Shown here in pieces: positions 1 to 12,621 of a stretch of 64,000 nucleotides of DNA. Source of the stretch: the human T2T-CHM13v2.0 reference genome, Homo sapiens. The stretch is taken from the NCBI RefSeq assembly GCF_009914755.1, contig NC_060929.1. One strand, written 5' to 3'. A program made the translations under genes and the position numbers. The notes below the pieces were generated by a model, which made no database searches, was not told the origin of the DNA, and was given only the letters and a program-made list of their open reading frames with translations. Every line of letters begins with the position of its first letter. Within the stretch, counting starts at the first letter, position 1.

Positions 1-431
1 TTTCCTAGTAAGAAAGCATGCCATTTTGTCTTCACATCTTGAGGAACTGGAAAAAAAAAAAAAAGCGTCAATGAGAACATTGAAGGTTTTCACTAAATAA
101 TATTAAATAACGTTTAAATGGTGATTTCCTATCTCTATTTATGGTTCAGGCCTTCTAGCTTGCTAATTCCAAGTAACAGGATCCTTTGGTAGATAAGATG
201 GGTGTTGAAATGCCTCTTTTCCCCAGCAGAGTATACTTAATTAGGTGTTTTCTGCTTGTGTTGAGGTTATTAGCTCATCAAAAAAGTACTGATATTTTCT
301 GGGGGGAGCTTAGGGTGGCTTTGGGTCCTGGTCTGCCTGACTCCATCTTCTCCAAAGAGAATATATGTCCTGCATGAAGGGACCTGAGGAACTTATGATC
401 CTGTTTTTGTCAGGTGGCATAAGGATGGAGC

Positions 432-1257
432 TGATACGAAAGTGCTGGGGAGGGAAGAGCGTGGTCCCTTTAAATAATATGAGAAGGGGTAAGGGAAGTG
501 CTGAGGTGAGGAGATTGTGGTCCCTGGCTAGGGTTCCACCCCCATGGACCTAGGTGAGGACAGGCATTTCCTGCCCAAATGTTTTCCCAAGACCATGCTG
601 GCCTTCCATGCCCCCATCCTGTGCCTATAAAAACCCAAGACCCTAGTGGACAGACACACAAGTGGCTGAACATCGTGAGAACACAGCGGCAGAAAAAGAC
701 ACAAGTGGCTGGTCCTCGAGAGGAGCACCCCAGCAGAAGAGCATGCCGACAGGCACTGGCATGCCGGCAGGCCATCAACCGGTGGGACGAGGCCAAGTTT
801 GGCGGGGGCAGTCAGAGAAGAGCTGGGGCCTCCAAGCAGCCCAACTCCAGGGGAAAACCATCTCCCTTCTGGCTCCCCAGTTGGCAGATAGCTACTTCCA
901 CTCAATAAAACTTTGCACTCATTCTTAAAGCCCATGTGTGATCTGATTCTTCCAGTACACCAAGGCAAGAACCCAGGATACAGAAAGCTCTCTGTCCTTG
1001 CAACAAGGTAGAGGGTCTAATTGAGCTTGTTAACACAAGCCACCTATAGGCAAACTGAAAGAGCACCCTGTAACACATGCCCACTGGGGCTTCAAGAGCT
1101 ATAAAGATTCACCCCTAGACACTGCTGTAGGGTTGGAGCCCCACAGCCTGCCCATCTGTATGCTCTCCTAGAGGTTTGAGCAGCTGGGCACTGAAGAAGT
1201 GAGCCACACCCCCATTGGATGCCCTGTGAAGGGGACAAGGGAACATTTCCCGTTTCA
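432..1257 (+). mobile_element. Solo ERV1 LTR, LTR1 family (HUERS-P2-type)
   Basis: Begins TGATACGAAAGTGCTGGG and ends CCCGTTTCA (TG...CA termini). Perfect 4-bp TSD GAGC at 428-431 and 1258-1261. TATAAAA at 626-632 and AATAAA at 904-909. Confidence 0.88.
626..632 (+). promoter_or_regulatory. TATA box of the LTR1 U3 promoter
   Basis: GTGCCTATAAAAACC at the expected position within the LTR, upstream of the AATAAA signal. Confidence 0.55.
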
Positions 1258-1910
1258 GAGCCAACATAGGAATAAGAGATAACAGCAGCCACAGATAATC
1301 ATGTATTAAAGAAAGATTATTTCTTTTTTTAAAACAAATTATTTAACTCTTAAAAAAACAACAAAAATGAATCCTGTAAGGGCTTTCAGAGCTAATGATG
1401 AATAAGCTCCAGCTCATGAAAAACTGTGTTCCAACCAAGCAGTCTACTGAAAACAAGTGCTTGGATTTCATCATAAACTAAAAGAAGAAAAACTAAAAAC
1501 AAACAAAATCCTTGGTTTATTTTGATAATGAAAATAAGGAAAATTTATAATTAAATAAATGTTATGCATGCTCAAAAGTATGAAACTTTTAAAAGCTGGT
1601 TTATTTCTAACTATAAGGGAAATATATGTTGACTGTGGAAATGCTGGAATACATTGAAACATACAAAGTAGAGTCCCCATAAACTGCTAACAAACAATAT
1701 CTATTATTTAGAACTTTTGCTCTGTGTGTGTATGTATCTATATGTATTTTCTTCTTTTTAGGTTTGAATATATGTTAATAAAACTTGTACATATATTTAA
1801 TATAAAAGCTAATACTGCAATTATATCTTTGAACCCAATGCCATATTTTTAGAATTTTTTTTTATATCCAAGCCCTTTTTTCTCAAAAGCGTAATTTTGA
1901 TGTTGCAGAG

Positions 1911-2477
1911 TATGGTAGACAGACTTTAAGCGTAGCCCACATTATCCCCACCTCCTGGTGTTTGCATTCTGGTGTGCTTTTTGAGTTTGAGTGGGACCTG
2001 TGACTTGCTTCTAACAAATAGAATATGTCAATTTGATAGGATGTGCAAGATCACTTGTATATGAATGACATTATATTACATCAAATGAGAGTACCCATCT
2101 TTCAGGAGTCTCTCTCTTTCCCTTGCTGGCTTTGAGGAAGCAGATGGTCATGTTGAGAATCCCTACATAGCAAGGAACTGCAGGTGACCACTAGTGGCTG
2201 AGGATAGAATTCCAGCTGACAGACACCAAGAAACTGAAGCTCTTAGTCCTATAGCTGCAATTCTGCCAACAGCCTGAGTGAGCCTGGAGCAGATCCATCC
2301 CCAGTCAAGCCGCAGATGACACTGCAGCCCCTGTCAGCATCTTGGTTGCAGCCTTGTGATATTCTAAGCAAGAGACCCAGCTAAACTCTGCCTGCACTCT
2401 TGACTCACAAAACTGTGAAATAATAAATGTGTGTTGTTTTAAGCTACTAAGTAATATTGTTACATAGCAGTAGTAAT
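1911..2477 (+). mobile_element. MaLR solo LTR, MLT1F-like
   Basis: Start TATGGTAGACAGACT...CCCCACCTCCTGGT, internal GGACCTGTGACTTGCTTCTAACAAATAGAATATG, and end AATAAATGTGTGTTGTTTTAAGCTACTAAG...GTTACATAGCAGTAG. Confidence 0.8.
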
Positions 2478-3344
2478 ATTAAAAGTACTTCATCCTAGGA
2501 ATATGTTATGATTTATTTAGCCAAGCACTTATTAATAAGGCCAGTTAGATTGTTTCTAATTTAAAAATTTTTATAAGTCTGTGATAACTATTCTTGTACA
2601 TACAAATTTTTAGTTAAAAAGTGATCAATTTTGTGTGCATTTATTGTTTTTAAAATTATATGCTGAGTCCTGATATATTTACCTAGATACATATTTCCTG
2701 TTTGCTGATGGATATCTTCCAGGACTTCTAAACTGATGAAAATACAAAGATAAGCAATATACTGAATAAGAACATGGGATTGCCTAGGAACTCTCAACGT
2801 GGATAGCATCTAGGTATGCTAGGAGAAAGTTTGCTGAATGAATGTACAGTAATCTCCCTAGGAACTTATTATCCAAAGAAACAAATGTATTTTTAAAAGC
2901 ATTCCACATAAAATACACTTGAGATTCAGTTTAATAGGGAACAGGGACTTTTTCGCCCCATAGGCCCATAGGCTTAATTGGCCCAATTGATCATTGCATT
3001 TCTCTTTTCAGCCTTATACATTTTTCTTTAAAGATCTGCAAAAGCTATAAAACTTTAGGTATCCCATCCTATAAAATTAATTTCTAATTCTACATAAGAA
3101 ATGTATAAAAGATGGCTCTGAATGCTAAATGCTTATGAATATTTATAATGCAAATAACTAATAGAAATGCATTTTCCCCCCTTTTTTGGTCAGACAATTG
3201 TAGGAATTGACTGTAATTACCGACATAAATGAAGATTCATGTCAGCACTATCATACTTATGCTAATTGGAAAAGCCTGGACTACTTTAAAAATTATGATT
3301 TACTTTTGGGACTTCTATCCAAGCCTGTCCAAGTATTCAAAATC

Positions 3345-3642
3345 AGGACTAGCCTATGCAAACCTACAGGGGACAGATGGGCAATTAATGAGTGGGAAGG
3401 ATGAGGTGAGGGCTGGCAAGATTCAACTGGAGAATCCTGGCTTCATCTAATGCAGGCAGCTACCATGCAGCATACATGGAAGTGGGCTGAGGATTGGCAG
3501 ATCTTTGAATTTTTCAAGACAAAGCTAGGAGATTTCGATTTTTTTTTGGTGATTTTTAAAAATTTTTTTAATGTGCTACAAGCCAAATAAAACATGTCTA
3601 CATGCTGGATTCAGTCAACAGACTGCCTATTTGTGACCCATA
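3345..3642 (-). mobile_element. hAT-Charlie MITE, MER102-like
   Basis: CCTACAGGGG...AACTGGAGA...CAGATCTTTGAATTTTTCAAGA...GCCAAATAAAACATGTCT...TTTGTGACC resembles the reverse of the MER102 consensus. Confidence 0.6.
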
Positions 3643-6329
3643 GTCTTAGTATTTATTTCTTAAATATGACAATAATTGTATGCCTATTTAGCAACTGAGG
3701 GGAAAAAGAGAGTGAAACTGGGAATTAATAAGAGCAAACTTGCAAAAAAGGATTGCCAGACAGGCATAAAACCAATAAATCAATTTATATGATTGGCTTA
3801 ATGTACTATCCATAGGAGATCAGATTGTCACCGAAGGAATTTGTCCTGAAATTCACAAATGATGTAAATTTTAGAACATGTGCTTATGAAGATTTTTTTT
3901 TTGATCCAGCTCCTGCAGGAGAGATGATTTTTATCAACATGGTTTTTGGTGGAATAAACCTTACAGGTAAATATGTAGAGAATTAATTATTCAAAAAGAA
4001 GAAATGAAAGCAATAAATCATATCAAAAAAGGTTCTGATAATGCTATACCTGGTTGTCATGAATGTAGGCAAACAATTAGCAGACATTCAGCTCTGCTTT
4101 CCAAATACACAGTGTTTGATCATTGAACTAGACAGTACTCTCTTTGGCAAAGCTCGCTCTGCATCTTGAATTTCAAAAGCATTGAAGTAACCTTATGAGC
4201 CAGCTTTCTTGAAAGAGCTCTCCCATAGTGGACATAAAAAATGCAAAATGTTCTATGAAAATATGCTCTCAGAGCTACATGATACTACATCCAGCGAAAC
4301 TAAAGTTCTTCTAATATAAGCAGGTCAGGTTATGATGTTCTCTTAATTTTAGCAGAGATCTTGCTTTTTATAACTTGCTATGTCAATATCTTTGTTAATT
4401 CACATCTTAATTTTAGCTAGTCTAGGAAATTAGATAGTTGCTTGTGCAGTTAGAAATACAAGACAGAAAATTCATAGGAGACTTTTTTTTTCTTCAAGAT
4501 GGAAGTAGTCTTTCACCTAGAAAGGTCAAACATTCTCCATTTGATGATTTACTACACTCTACAGAAAAACATAGGGAATTTTTGCAACGTCTTGAGATTC
4601 ACATAAGAATAAGAAAAAGAAAATAAACACAAAGACTTGCAGCAGGAAAATGTACAGCTTTCCAAAGAATAAGAGACAAGAGGGGAGTCTGGAGGAACGT
4701 GTAAGTGGGCATTTCACATGGGAAAGAAGATAAATAGGTAGGAGAGGCAGAGAGCAGAGCAGGAAATCAAACTGGCTGAAAGAAGCCTCAGTATGAGACA
4801 AGAGACACAAAGGCAGGAGCTTCCTGAAGTGCAGATATGAGCAATTATATAATGGGTTGCATGGAGTTTCTTTTCATCCTTTATCCCTTCATAGCAAAAT
4901 GTTTCTTTATTTTAGTTTAAAATACCTGAATAATTGCTTTGACTTTCCTGTTACTCTAATGACTCCTGAATTCATTACCAATCAACCAACTAACAATTAC
5001 CAATCTTAGGGAGACACGATTATTAGCATTTTGGTAGTTCTGAGGAGAGAATTTTGTAGTGTAGGCCTTGTGGTTTTTGAGCCTAACCGGTCTCATTTTA
5101 GAATGTCTTGCCTTTTTGCCAAAACCTGGTGTGTCAAAGGATTGGAGTTAAGTGGAAATTTCACTGAGTATAAAGTTATCTCTGAATTTATATTTTAGGA
5201 CAAGCGAAGGTCCAAAACACATTCTGCAGGAACATAGAAATGATATATGGCTTTTCTAATTTGTTATGTTCATGACAAATTAATTCTGGGTATTTTTAAA
5301 TTACACATAGCCCATAATCTGGTTATATAATGATGTTTTTAGACACATCTTTTAAAGACACAATTTTTTAACTTACACCATTGAACTTCCTGTGTTTTCG
5401 TATACCTAATTTCAGAGGAAATTACAGGTAATTAATGAATTTGAATACATCTTTCAAGACTTCCATTTTAATGATCAATAGAATATTTTAAAAGCCAGGG
5501 GGATCAAAATCTATATTAACTCTGAAATCCGGGGCTACTACTATCCACAAGGAAAAATGTTGATATATAGACAGTGCTGTATCTTGTGCATCCAGGTAAA
5601 ATTAAGCCTTCCCTTTTCTGAAAAGGAATACTTGCTAATCGACACACCCTCCAAAAGATCCTAATAAACCTGTCTACTAGAGTGAAGAGAAAGAGAGAGG
5701 AGGGAATGCCACGTGTAGTCAGGCATCCGGGTTCCTCACATAGTTCAGTTATTTTCAGATTACTCTGAAAAGTCTCAGAAAATAGTAAACCTTTCTAAAT
5801 CAAACACCAAATTGAGATTTTTATGAATATGTATGTAAACTAAAGTAAAAATCTGAAAGACATTTAGATTTTCTTATCCTTTGAGTAATTTGGCTTTCAG
5901 AAATAATCAAAGACGAGTACAAAAATCTGAGCGTTTTGTTGTTTTGCTGTGTGGTTGTTGTTATTGTTTAGTAAGAGTAAAAACAATCCGATTTCCCAAA
6001 AATAGTGGGAGATAGCTTATTCAATTGAATTTTATTGAATATTTAAGGACATACCAATTACAATGTATTACTTAGAAAATGGGGCAGAAGACAGAACTTT
6101 TATAATTATTTTAATACGTTTAAGAGAAAACCGTATTTGACTGTATTTCTAGGCTTTCTATTAGTCATATCATGCTTTTCTAATAACAACAGCAACAAAA
6201 ACGAGAGTGAGATAAAAAGATATTTAAAAAATTCTCCCTGGTGGTTAAGATAGTCGACTGATAAAAATAAACCCTTTTTTGTTTGTTTGTTTGTTTTTTC
6301 TTCAAAGGTTAACACACCTGGTACATTTC

Positions 6330-7060
6330 CAGTTGAAGTTCTGGAGATTCTGTCTTACTGCTGTCCATCATTTGACAATAATCTCTTTGTGTTCTTAGGT
6401 TACAGCTGTATTTTCTTCAAATGTATTATATGATTATTATTCTTGGAATTTAAATTATACTCATTAAACAAAACCAGTTCTGGATTCCCGAAGACAAGGA
6501 AGGATCTTACACAATGGCAGACATAAATAGACTTCTTTGAACTCCTGCGCAAGCATCCACAACAGTTTGAGTTGTCTTCTTCTTTAGTTTTTAATAACAA
6601 TGCCATTTTTGTTCCAAGTCTATATTTGATATAACAGGTATATTGTACATATATCTGATTTTTTCTGAATTAAAAACATTTACTTGGTACTATTTTTACT
6701 GACTGCTTGTTTACTTTGCAGTCACAAATTTATAAATTTTTAAATTTTCAAACATTCTAACTATTTTTAACAGGATTTGATTAGCCTCCTTTCCCTGTTT
6801 TCCTCATTTTTTTCCTACTAAAATCAATAATCTATTTAATGCTCTTATCTTCTTTTATAGTTTATGTAAAACTTTACTCCAATTTGAATAAAAATTAAGT
6901 TTTCTTTCTTTGCAATTTTTTAATTTGACTTTTTCTTATTCCTTTTAATCCCCTTTCTTGTCTTTGAAGCAGTCTGTTATTTTCTTGTCTCTTTTCTACA
7001 AGTCTTTACAAATTCTGATTAGTTGTTTTGTACCCCATCATATTTTTATTTATAGGGCAA
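6330..7060 (-). mobile_element. Highly diverged old L1 (L1M) fragment
   Basis: T-rich texture typical of antisense old L1. No diagnostic motif is certain. Confidence 0.3.
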
Positions 7061-8539
7061 TGTTTTTTTTTTTTTAAAATCATCAACAATAAGACAGAAA
7101 TGCCATGCAGATATACACATGTTCATCTTTCTTCTTAAAGGATTGTAGTGACTCCTATGAATCACACACTTTTTCAATAAATATTTTGTACTTCGCTTCC
7201 ACTGGAACTTCACTAACCTTGTCAGAGAGGTGGGTTCTACTTACTAGCAGCGGTGGTGACATTTGACCTGTATCCTAATGGAAAGCAAGAGTTTGAATAG
7301 ACAGACCATAGAGGAAAACACATCCATGGCCCCTAGTGAAACAAGGCAGTTTAAAACAGTGGATTTGATTAGTGGAAGATCATATTTAGAAAGTATGGTC
7401 TTCCCTGGAAGTCTCACAAACTTCAAGGTAAGTAGTTTTAGGTTGACAATATAGAAAATCTAATGAGGAAGCCATTGAGAGTGTAGGCCTGTAGTCTTTG
7501 GCGTGTTTTCTTGGGCCATAGTAACTTAAGTTGGAGTTGAGCATAATGAAAAACAAGAACCAGCTATAGGTGCACATTTAATCGTGCCTAAAGTATCTAT
7601 TTGTATATCCTCTGAAAAATAATGCTAGTGAATAGGGCTAAAGTCCATTTGATTTAAAGACATGCTTTAAGGCCTTCATGAATAAAGAAGAATAACATAA
7701 AGGAATATTTCCCTTCCACCTTTCCATTTAGTGTCACTCTTATTAGATTGTTGATTATTTTAAAATAAACTAAAACACAGTAAATCGAGCCTTGTGCCTC
7801 ATCTACCTTCCTAAAGTCATTTTTCAAAGAGTGAACAGGCCCCTAAAGTATGTATCTTATTAGGCAAATATCTAGTAGGTATGTCCTGACTGACGTGACC
7901 AGGCCTAGAGAACAATTCCTTGGGAAATCCTCTAAACCCTCAAGTACTGAAGTACAAAATGAAACCTGTATATACATGTTACAAGATGGCAAATTGGATT
8001 TTTCTGCATCATTTAATTGGCCCAAAGTTGAGGGCCAGGTTGCTAGTGATACTACAATCTAAGTTGGCGAGATACCAGTGAGCCAATTCAAGCCACTAAA
8101 ATGAAACCAAGGCTGGTTCTGGTGGAGTAGGGGGGTGAGCATAAATGAGGCAAGTGGGGGAAGGTTAGGAAAAGAAGATTAGCTCAGAATTGAGATTGAG
8201 ACTGATTTTATAAAATGAACAAAATCAAGTTTTACAAAAACACCTGAGAATGTCTTGAACCAAAATTGGCTGGAAAGTTAAGAAATCTGACCAAGATTCC
8301 ATTCTAGAAATGGGAAATTGTCAATAAAGCATAAATGGGGGGAGCTGCAATGAAAACATTCAGTAAGTAGGCTAACAATGCATTCAGGTCAATTGGAAAA
8401 GGCACTTCTATTCCTCACTCCACAGCTTAAGAAGAGTGTGATGACTTTAAAGTGACTACCGACATGTCTCATCTCCAAAACAGGGCATAAGAATGTCAAT
8501 TTGTTTAAAAATCCAGTATTAACCAAGGTTCACCCCTGA

Positions 8540-8760
8540 TTATAGCACGAGTTGTTAAAAATATGGCTTTGGAGCCAGAAGTCTTGGGATGAAATTCTGT
8601 TAGTAGCCAGGTTACTTTCATCTCTTGGAGGCTCAGGTTCCTCACCTGAAAAACTGGGGGTAATTACACTTACTTGAGAGGGTTGATATATACATATTGA
8701 TTGGAATAATCTCTGGAAAACAGCCTTTAGCAAGCACTCCATAAATATTATTGTTGATAT
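8540..8760 (+). mobile_element. MIR SINE
   Basis: GGCTTTGGAGCCAGA...CTCAGGTTCCTCACCTGAAAAACTGGGGGTAAT core and CACTCCATAAATATTA tail. Confidence 0.7.
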
Positions 8761-10821
8761 TAAATATCATTTTCTGTCTTTCTGTCTAGATGGCAGTGCT
8801 GTTCATGGGTAAAATTCAATTATTGTCAGTATATTAACCTCTCTGCTTAGCTCCAATTAAAGGGGCTGAAGCCAAGTTGGCTTATGCTCATAATGATGAT
8901 CTGTAACAGTACTGATGGACAAAAATCTTGCTGTGATGTTTAGAAAAATATAAAGAATTGGGAGTGCTTGCTAGAAGACTAACATTTTAAGGAGTGATCA
9001 TCATTTGAATGAATCATTGTTTATGATTCGAGATGTAGATGAGAAAGTAAATACCACTCTTATAATACCTACATAGTCTTTGGCTTGAATAGTTTTTCTT
9101 CTTTTCTCCCTCATTTGATTTGTATTCCGTTTTCATTTAGTTCCATGTATATGGAACTCTGCCAGAGTTGAGAGGGCTGAAATGTGACTTACCACTAAAT
9201 ATTTGTTCAAAAATTTCTAGTGTTTTTCCAAGTCAGTATTTCAGTACATTTGCCTCCCCTCCCCACTGAAGGCTAATGCCAGCAGCCAAAGAACGAGAAG
9301 TAATCCTCAACTGTCTAACCAGGCAGTTGGCATAGCAGAGAAAAACATTTGACTATGCAAATATCCTCAACTTTCAAAAAAATTGGGATTAAAAACATAA
9401 AATAGAATGACTTGAAAAACTATTCAGAAATACTTGGGCATAAATTTTATGTGGCTATCATAAATCCCTTCTTAGGCGTTAACTGTCTTTTGCTACCTCA
9501 TCTTCTTTCCTCTCTCCTGATAGTGATTTTCTCATTCTTTCCTTTAAGATGCAGTTGCAAGAATTGAACACTCTGTTTTACATTAATAATAACAATGTTC
9601 TCAGTCTCCATCAAAGCTAGGATCCAAGATTTTGTTTGGTACTTGGATTGCCACAGTGGATTTTTAGGGATATTCTTTCCCAACAATCTCTTACAATTCC
9701 AATGTGCTTAAAATGATTTTGCCAATAGAATAACTTCTATTTTCAGAATCTCTAATTCCAACATCTCCGATATCACCTCACCACTATCACCACTGTGTGT
9801 GTATGCACGCACACGCTCATGACTTTGTTTTCTCCCTAGGCAGACTGAATTAAGTTACAAGCACAGATGTCATAGACAAGCCCAAAAGTTTCATTGAAAA
9901 TAGAGTATAAAAATGATGAAAAAGAAGTTAGAAAGAAGAAGAAAGAAGAAAGTTTGGGCATAGAACTAAAACAATGCAATAAGCAGCTTAGAGTAGTGGG
10001 TGTTGTGTTTACCTTTACCCCAGATGCCAATCTGTTTCATTAATTGCTTTTAATTCTGTCATGCAAGATAAGCTGATTATAGAATCTTTCAGAATTTCCA
10101 TTATGGTTGTTTTTTTTTTTTCCCTTCTTGTAACTCCCATCATTTCAATTTTAATTAAAATTTATCCTACTATCATTTCAATTTGCCAAAATTTCACTTT
10201 GAATCACTTCTATTCATTTTCTTTAGGACAGCTTGATTACACAAAAATGATATATCAAGATGATGTTGGCCATCTTTGGATAAAACTATCTAAGATAAAT
10301 CTTCTAATAGCTCATCATTTTTAAAAATTCACCTGAAATTTTTTTTCTAAAATATATATTTGTATTCCTGATCTGACACAGTGTCCTCCAATGCCTGAGA
10401 CTATTTAGCCAGGTACTTAGCTACATAAATCAGAGCACATTTGACTGGCAAGAGACCGAACTTCAGTGAACTATTCTAAGGCCAGTTCTTTCAGAAAAAC
10501 ATACAGTGAGTAAGAAAGGGAAAGACCTGGGAGAGTTAAAGCTAAGACGGAAGCAGTGTTTTTACATGCTACAAAGTCTGTACAGTTTAGAGTTCTCCCA
10601 GGTTTGTACCAATAGAAACATATCAAATACAATACCCACCATTCATAGAATTCTGCAATTCTCTATGGGCTTTACAAACACACATTAGGTCCTGATAACC
10701 ACTCTGTGAGTTGAGTACTAGCATTATCATGCAGTGGACATTTGTCTTTGCCTCCCTAGTATCTGTTTCCTTTTCTTGGATAAGCAGGCTCCGCTCTCTG
10801 TCCATCTGTTTGAATGGGGCT

Positions 10822-11212
10822 TGCTGTGGTTTGAATGTGTGCCCTCTACAAAATTCAGGTGTTGCTAATGTGATAGTATTAAGAAGTGGGGCATTTAAGA
10901 GGTGATCAGGCCATGAGAGTTCCTCCTCTGTGAATGGGATTAAGTCCCTTACAAAAGCAGCTTCACACAGCATTTGGCTAGCATGCCCTTCTGCCTTCTG
11001 CCACGTGAGGACACAGCATTCCTCCCCTCTGGAGGAAATAGTAGTAAGGCACCATCTTGGGAGCAGGCAGCAGTCCTCATCAGACAATTGAATCTGCCAG
11101 CAGCTTGATCTCAGACTTCCCAGCCTCCAGAACTGTGAGAAATAAATTTCTGTTTCTTATAAATTATCCAATCTCCATATTTTGTTATAGCAACACAAAA
11201 CAGACTATGACA
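10822..11212 (+). mobile_element. MaLR solo LTR, MLT1A1/MSTD-like
   Basis: TGCTGTGGTTTGAATGTG start, CTTCCCAGCCTCCAGAACTGTGAGAAATAAA, and end GACTATGACA. GGCT flanks both ends. Confidence 0.88.
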
Positions 11213-11259
11213 GGCTCTATCTTCAGCTCCAGGAAATAGTTTGTGTCAACCTCAGCTAT

Positions 11260-11628
11260 GCTGTAACACTTTATGCCCTGGGACACAGAAAGTGGTTAGT
11301 AATGGCCTGTCTTTGGAAAGCTGAAAAGTGGTCTTTAACCTCAAAGGTCATAGACTGAAGCTGCTAGAAGTGACTTGCCACCACAGAGAGAGAGCCTGTA
11401 TGAGAATGGAACCAACATAGAGCAAGGGGAGCTGATATATGGGAAAGATAAATGAGACCGTAACTGAATATTCATGACGTCTTTTGGATTCTGAATCAAA
11501 CTGAACCCTGAATTCAGTCCAACACTGATTTTAGGCACTTGAGCCAATATATCCCCTTTTTGTTTTCTTGAGCTTGACTGGATTGAGTTTTCTGTGTCTG
11601 GTAATAGAAAGAATATTAATTGATTACA
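11260..11628 (+). mobile_element. Old MaLR LTR fragment (MLT1J/K-like)
   Basis: GAGAGCCTGTATGAGAATGGAACCAAC...TGAGCCAATATATCCCCTTTTTG...GAAAGAATATTAATTGATTACA 3' end. Confidence 0.6.
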
Positions 11629-11634
11629 TAATGT

Positions 11635-11750
11635 TATAAATAAGAAAACTGAGGCTCAAAAAGTTTTACACTTGTCCAAAGGTATCCAGCAGGCTGCAGA
11701 CCTGGACTTTGAATCCAAGTTTTTCTCATTCAAAATATGTTTTTTCTAAT
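11635..11750 (-). mobile_element. MIR fragment
   Basis: AAGAAAACTGAGGCTCA...ACTTGTCCAAAGGT...TTTGAATCCAAGT. Confidence 0.65.
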
Positions 11751-11790
11751 GCAATATGAGGCATGAAGGCAATGGTATCCTTTTGAGAGG

Positions 11791-12621
11791 TGTGATGGTA
11801 AGTTTTATGTCAGCTTGGCTAGGCTGTGATGTCTAATTGCTTAACCAAACACTGGTCTAAATGTTTCTATGAAAGTATCTGTGGATATGATTAACACTCA
11901 CAATCAGCTGAGCACAGTGGGCTCATACCTGTAATCCCAGCATTTTGAGAGGCCGAGGCAGGAAGGTCACTTGAACCAAAGAGTTCAAGGCCAGCCCAGG
12001 GAACATGGTGAACCACTGTCTCAACAAAAATAAAAATAAAAATTAGCCAGGCATGGTGTCATATACCTATAATCCCAGCTACTTGGGAGGCTGAAGTAGC
12101 AGGATTGCTTGAGCCCAGGAGGTCAAGGCTGCTGTGAGTAATGACCATCACACCACTGCATTCCACTTGGATGAAAAACCAAAACATTGTCACCAAAAAA
12201 ACAAAAATGTATAAATAAATAAATAAATAAAATTTACAATCAGTTGACTTTAAGTAAAGCAGTGTATCCTTCATAATGTGGGTGAGACTCATCGGATTAG
12301 TTGAAGGCCATAAAAGCAAAAACTGAGGCTTCCCAGAGAAAAAGGAATTTTGCCTCAAGACCATAACACAGAAATACTGCCTGAGTCTTTAGCCTGCCAG
12401 CCAGCCCTATATTTTTCAGACCTGCCAGCTCCCAGAATCACCTGAGCCAATTCCTTAAAATAAATCTCTCTTTTTCTTTCTCTCTTTGTATATATATAAA
12501 TATGTATATGATATCTCCAATATATACATATAATTGAGGGGACATAAATATAAATCAATCTCTCTCCATTAATATATGTATATAATAGGTTCTGTTTCTC
12601 TAGAGAACCCTGACTGAGACA
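11791..12621 (+). mobile_element. ERVL solo LTR, MLT2D-like, interrupted by an AluJ
   Basis: TGTGATGGTAAGTTTTATGTCAGCTTGGCTAGGCT start. Resumes after the Alu with CAGTTGACTTTAAGTAAAG and ends GGTTCTGTTTCTCTAGAGAACCCTGACTGAGACA. Confidence 0.88.
11907..12232 (+). mobile_element. AluJ inserted in the MLT2D LTR
   Basis: Dimeric Alu with J-type GGATTGCTTGAGCCCAGGAGGTCAAGGCTGC, a (TAAA)n tail and a residual TSD ending ACAATCAG on both sides. Confidence 0.92.

Noticed and set aside
470-968. Overlapping 88-146 aa ORFs on both strands
   Set aside because: Entirely within the GC-rich LTR1, with no protein-family motifs.
10623-11239. 154-aa and neighbouring ORFs
   Set aside because: Largely translations of the MLT1A1/MSTD LTR.
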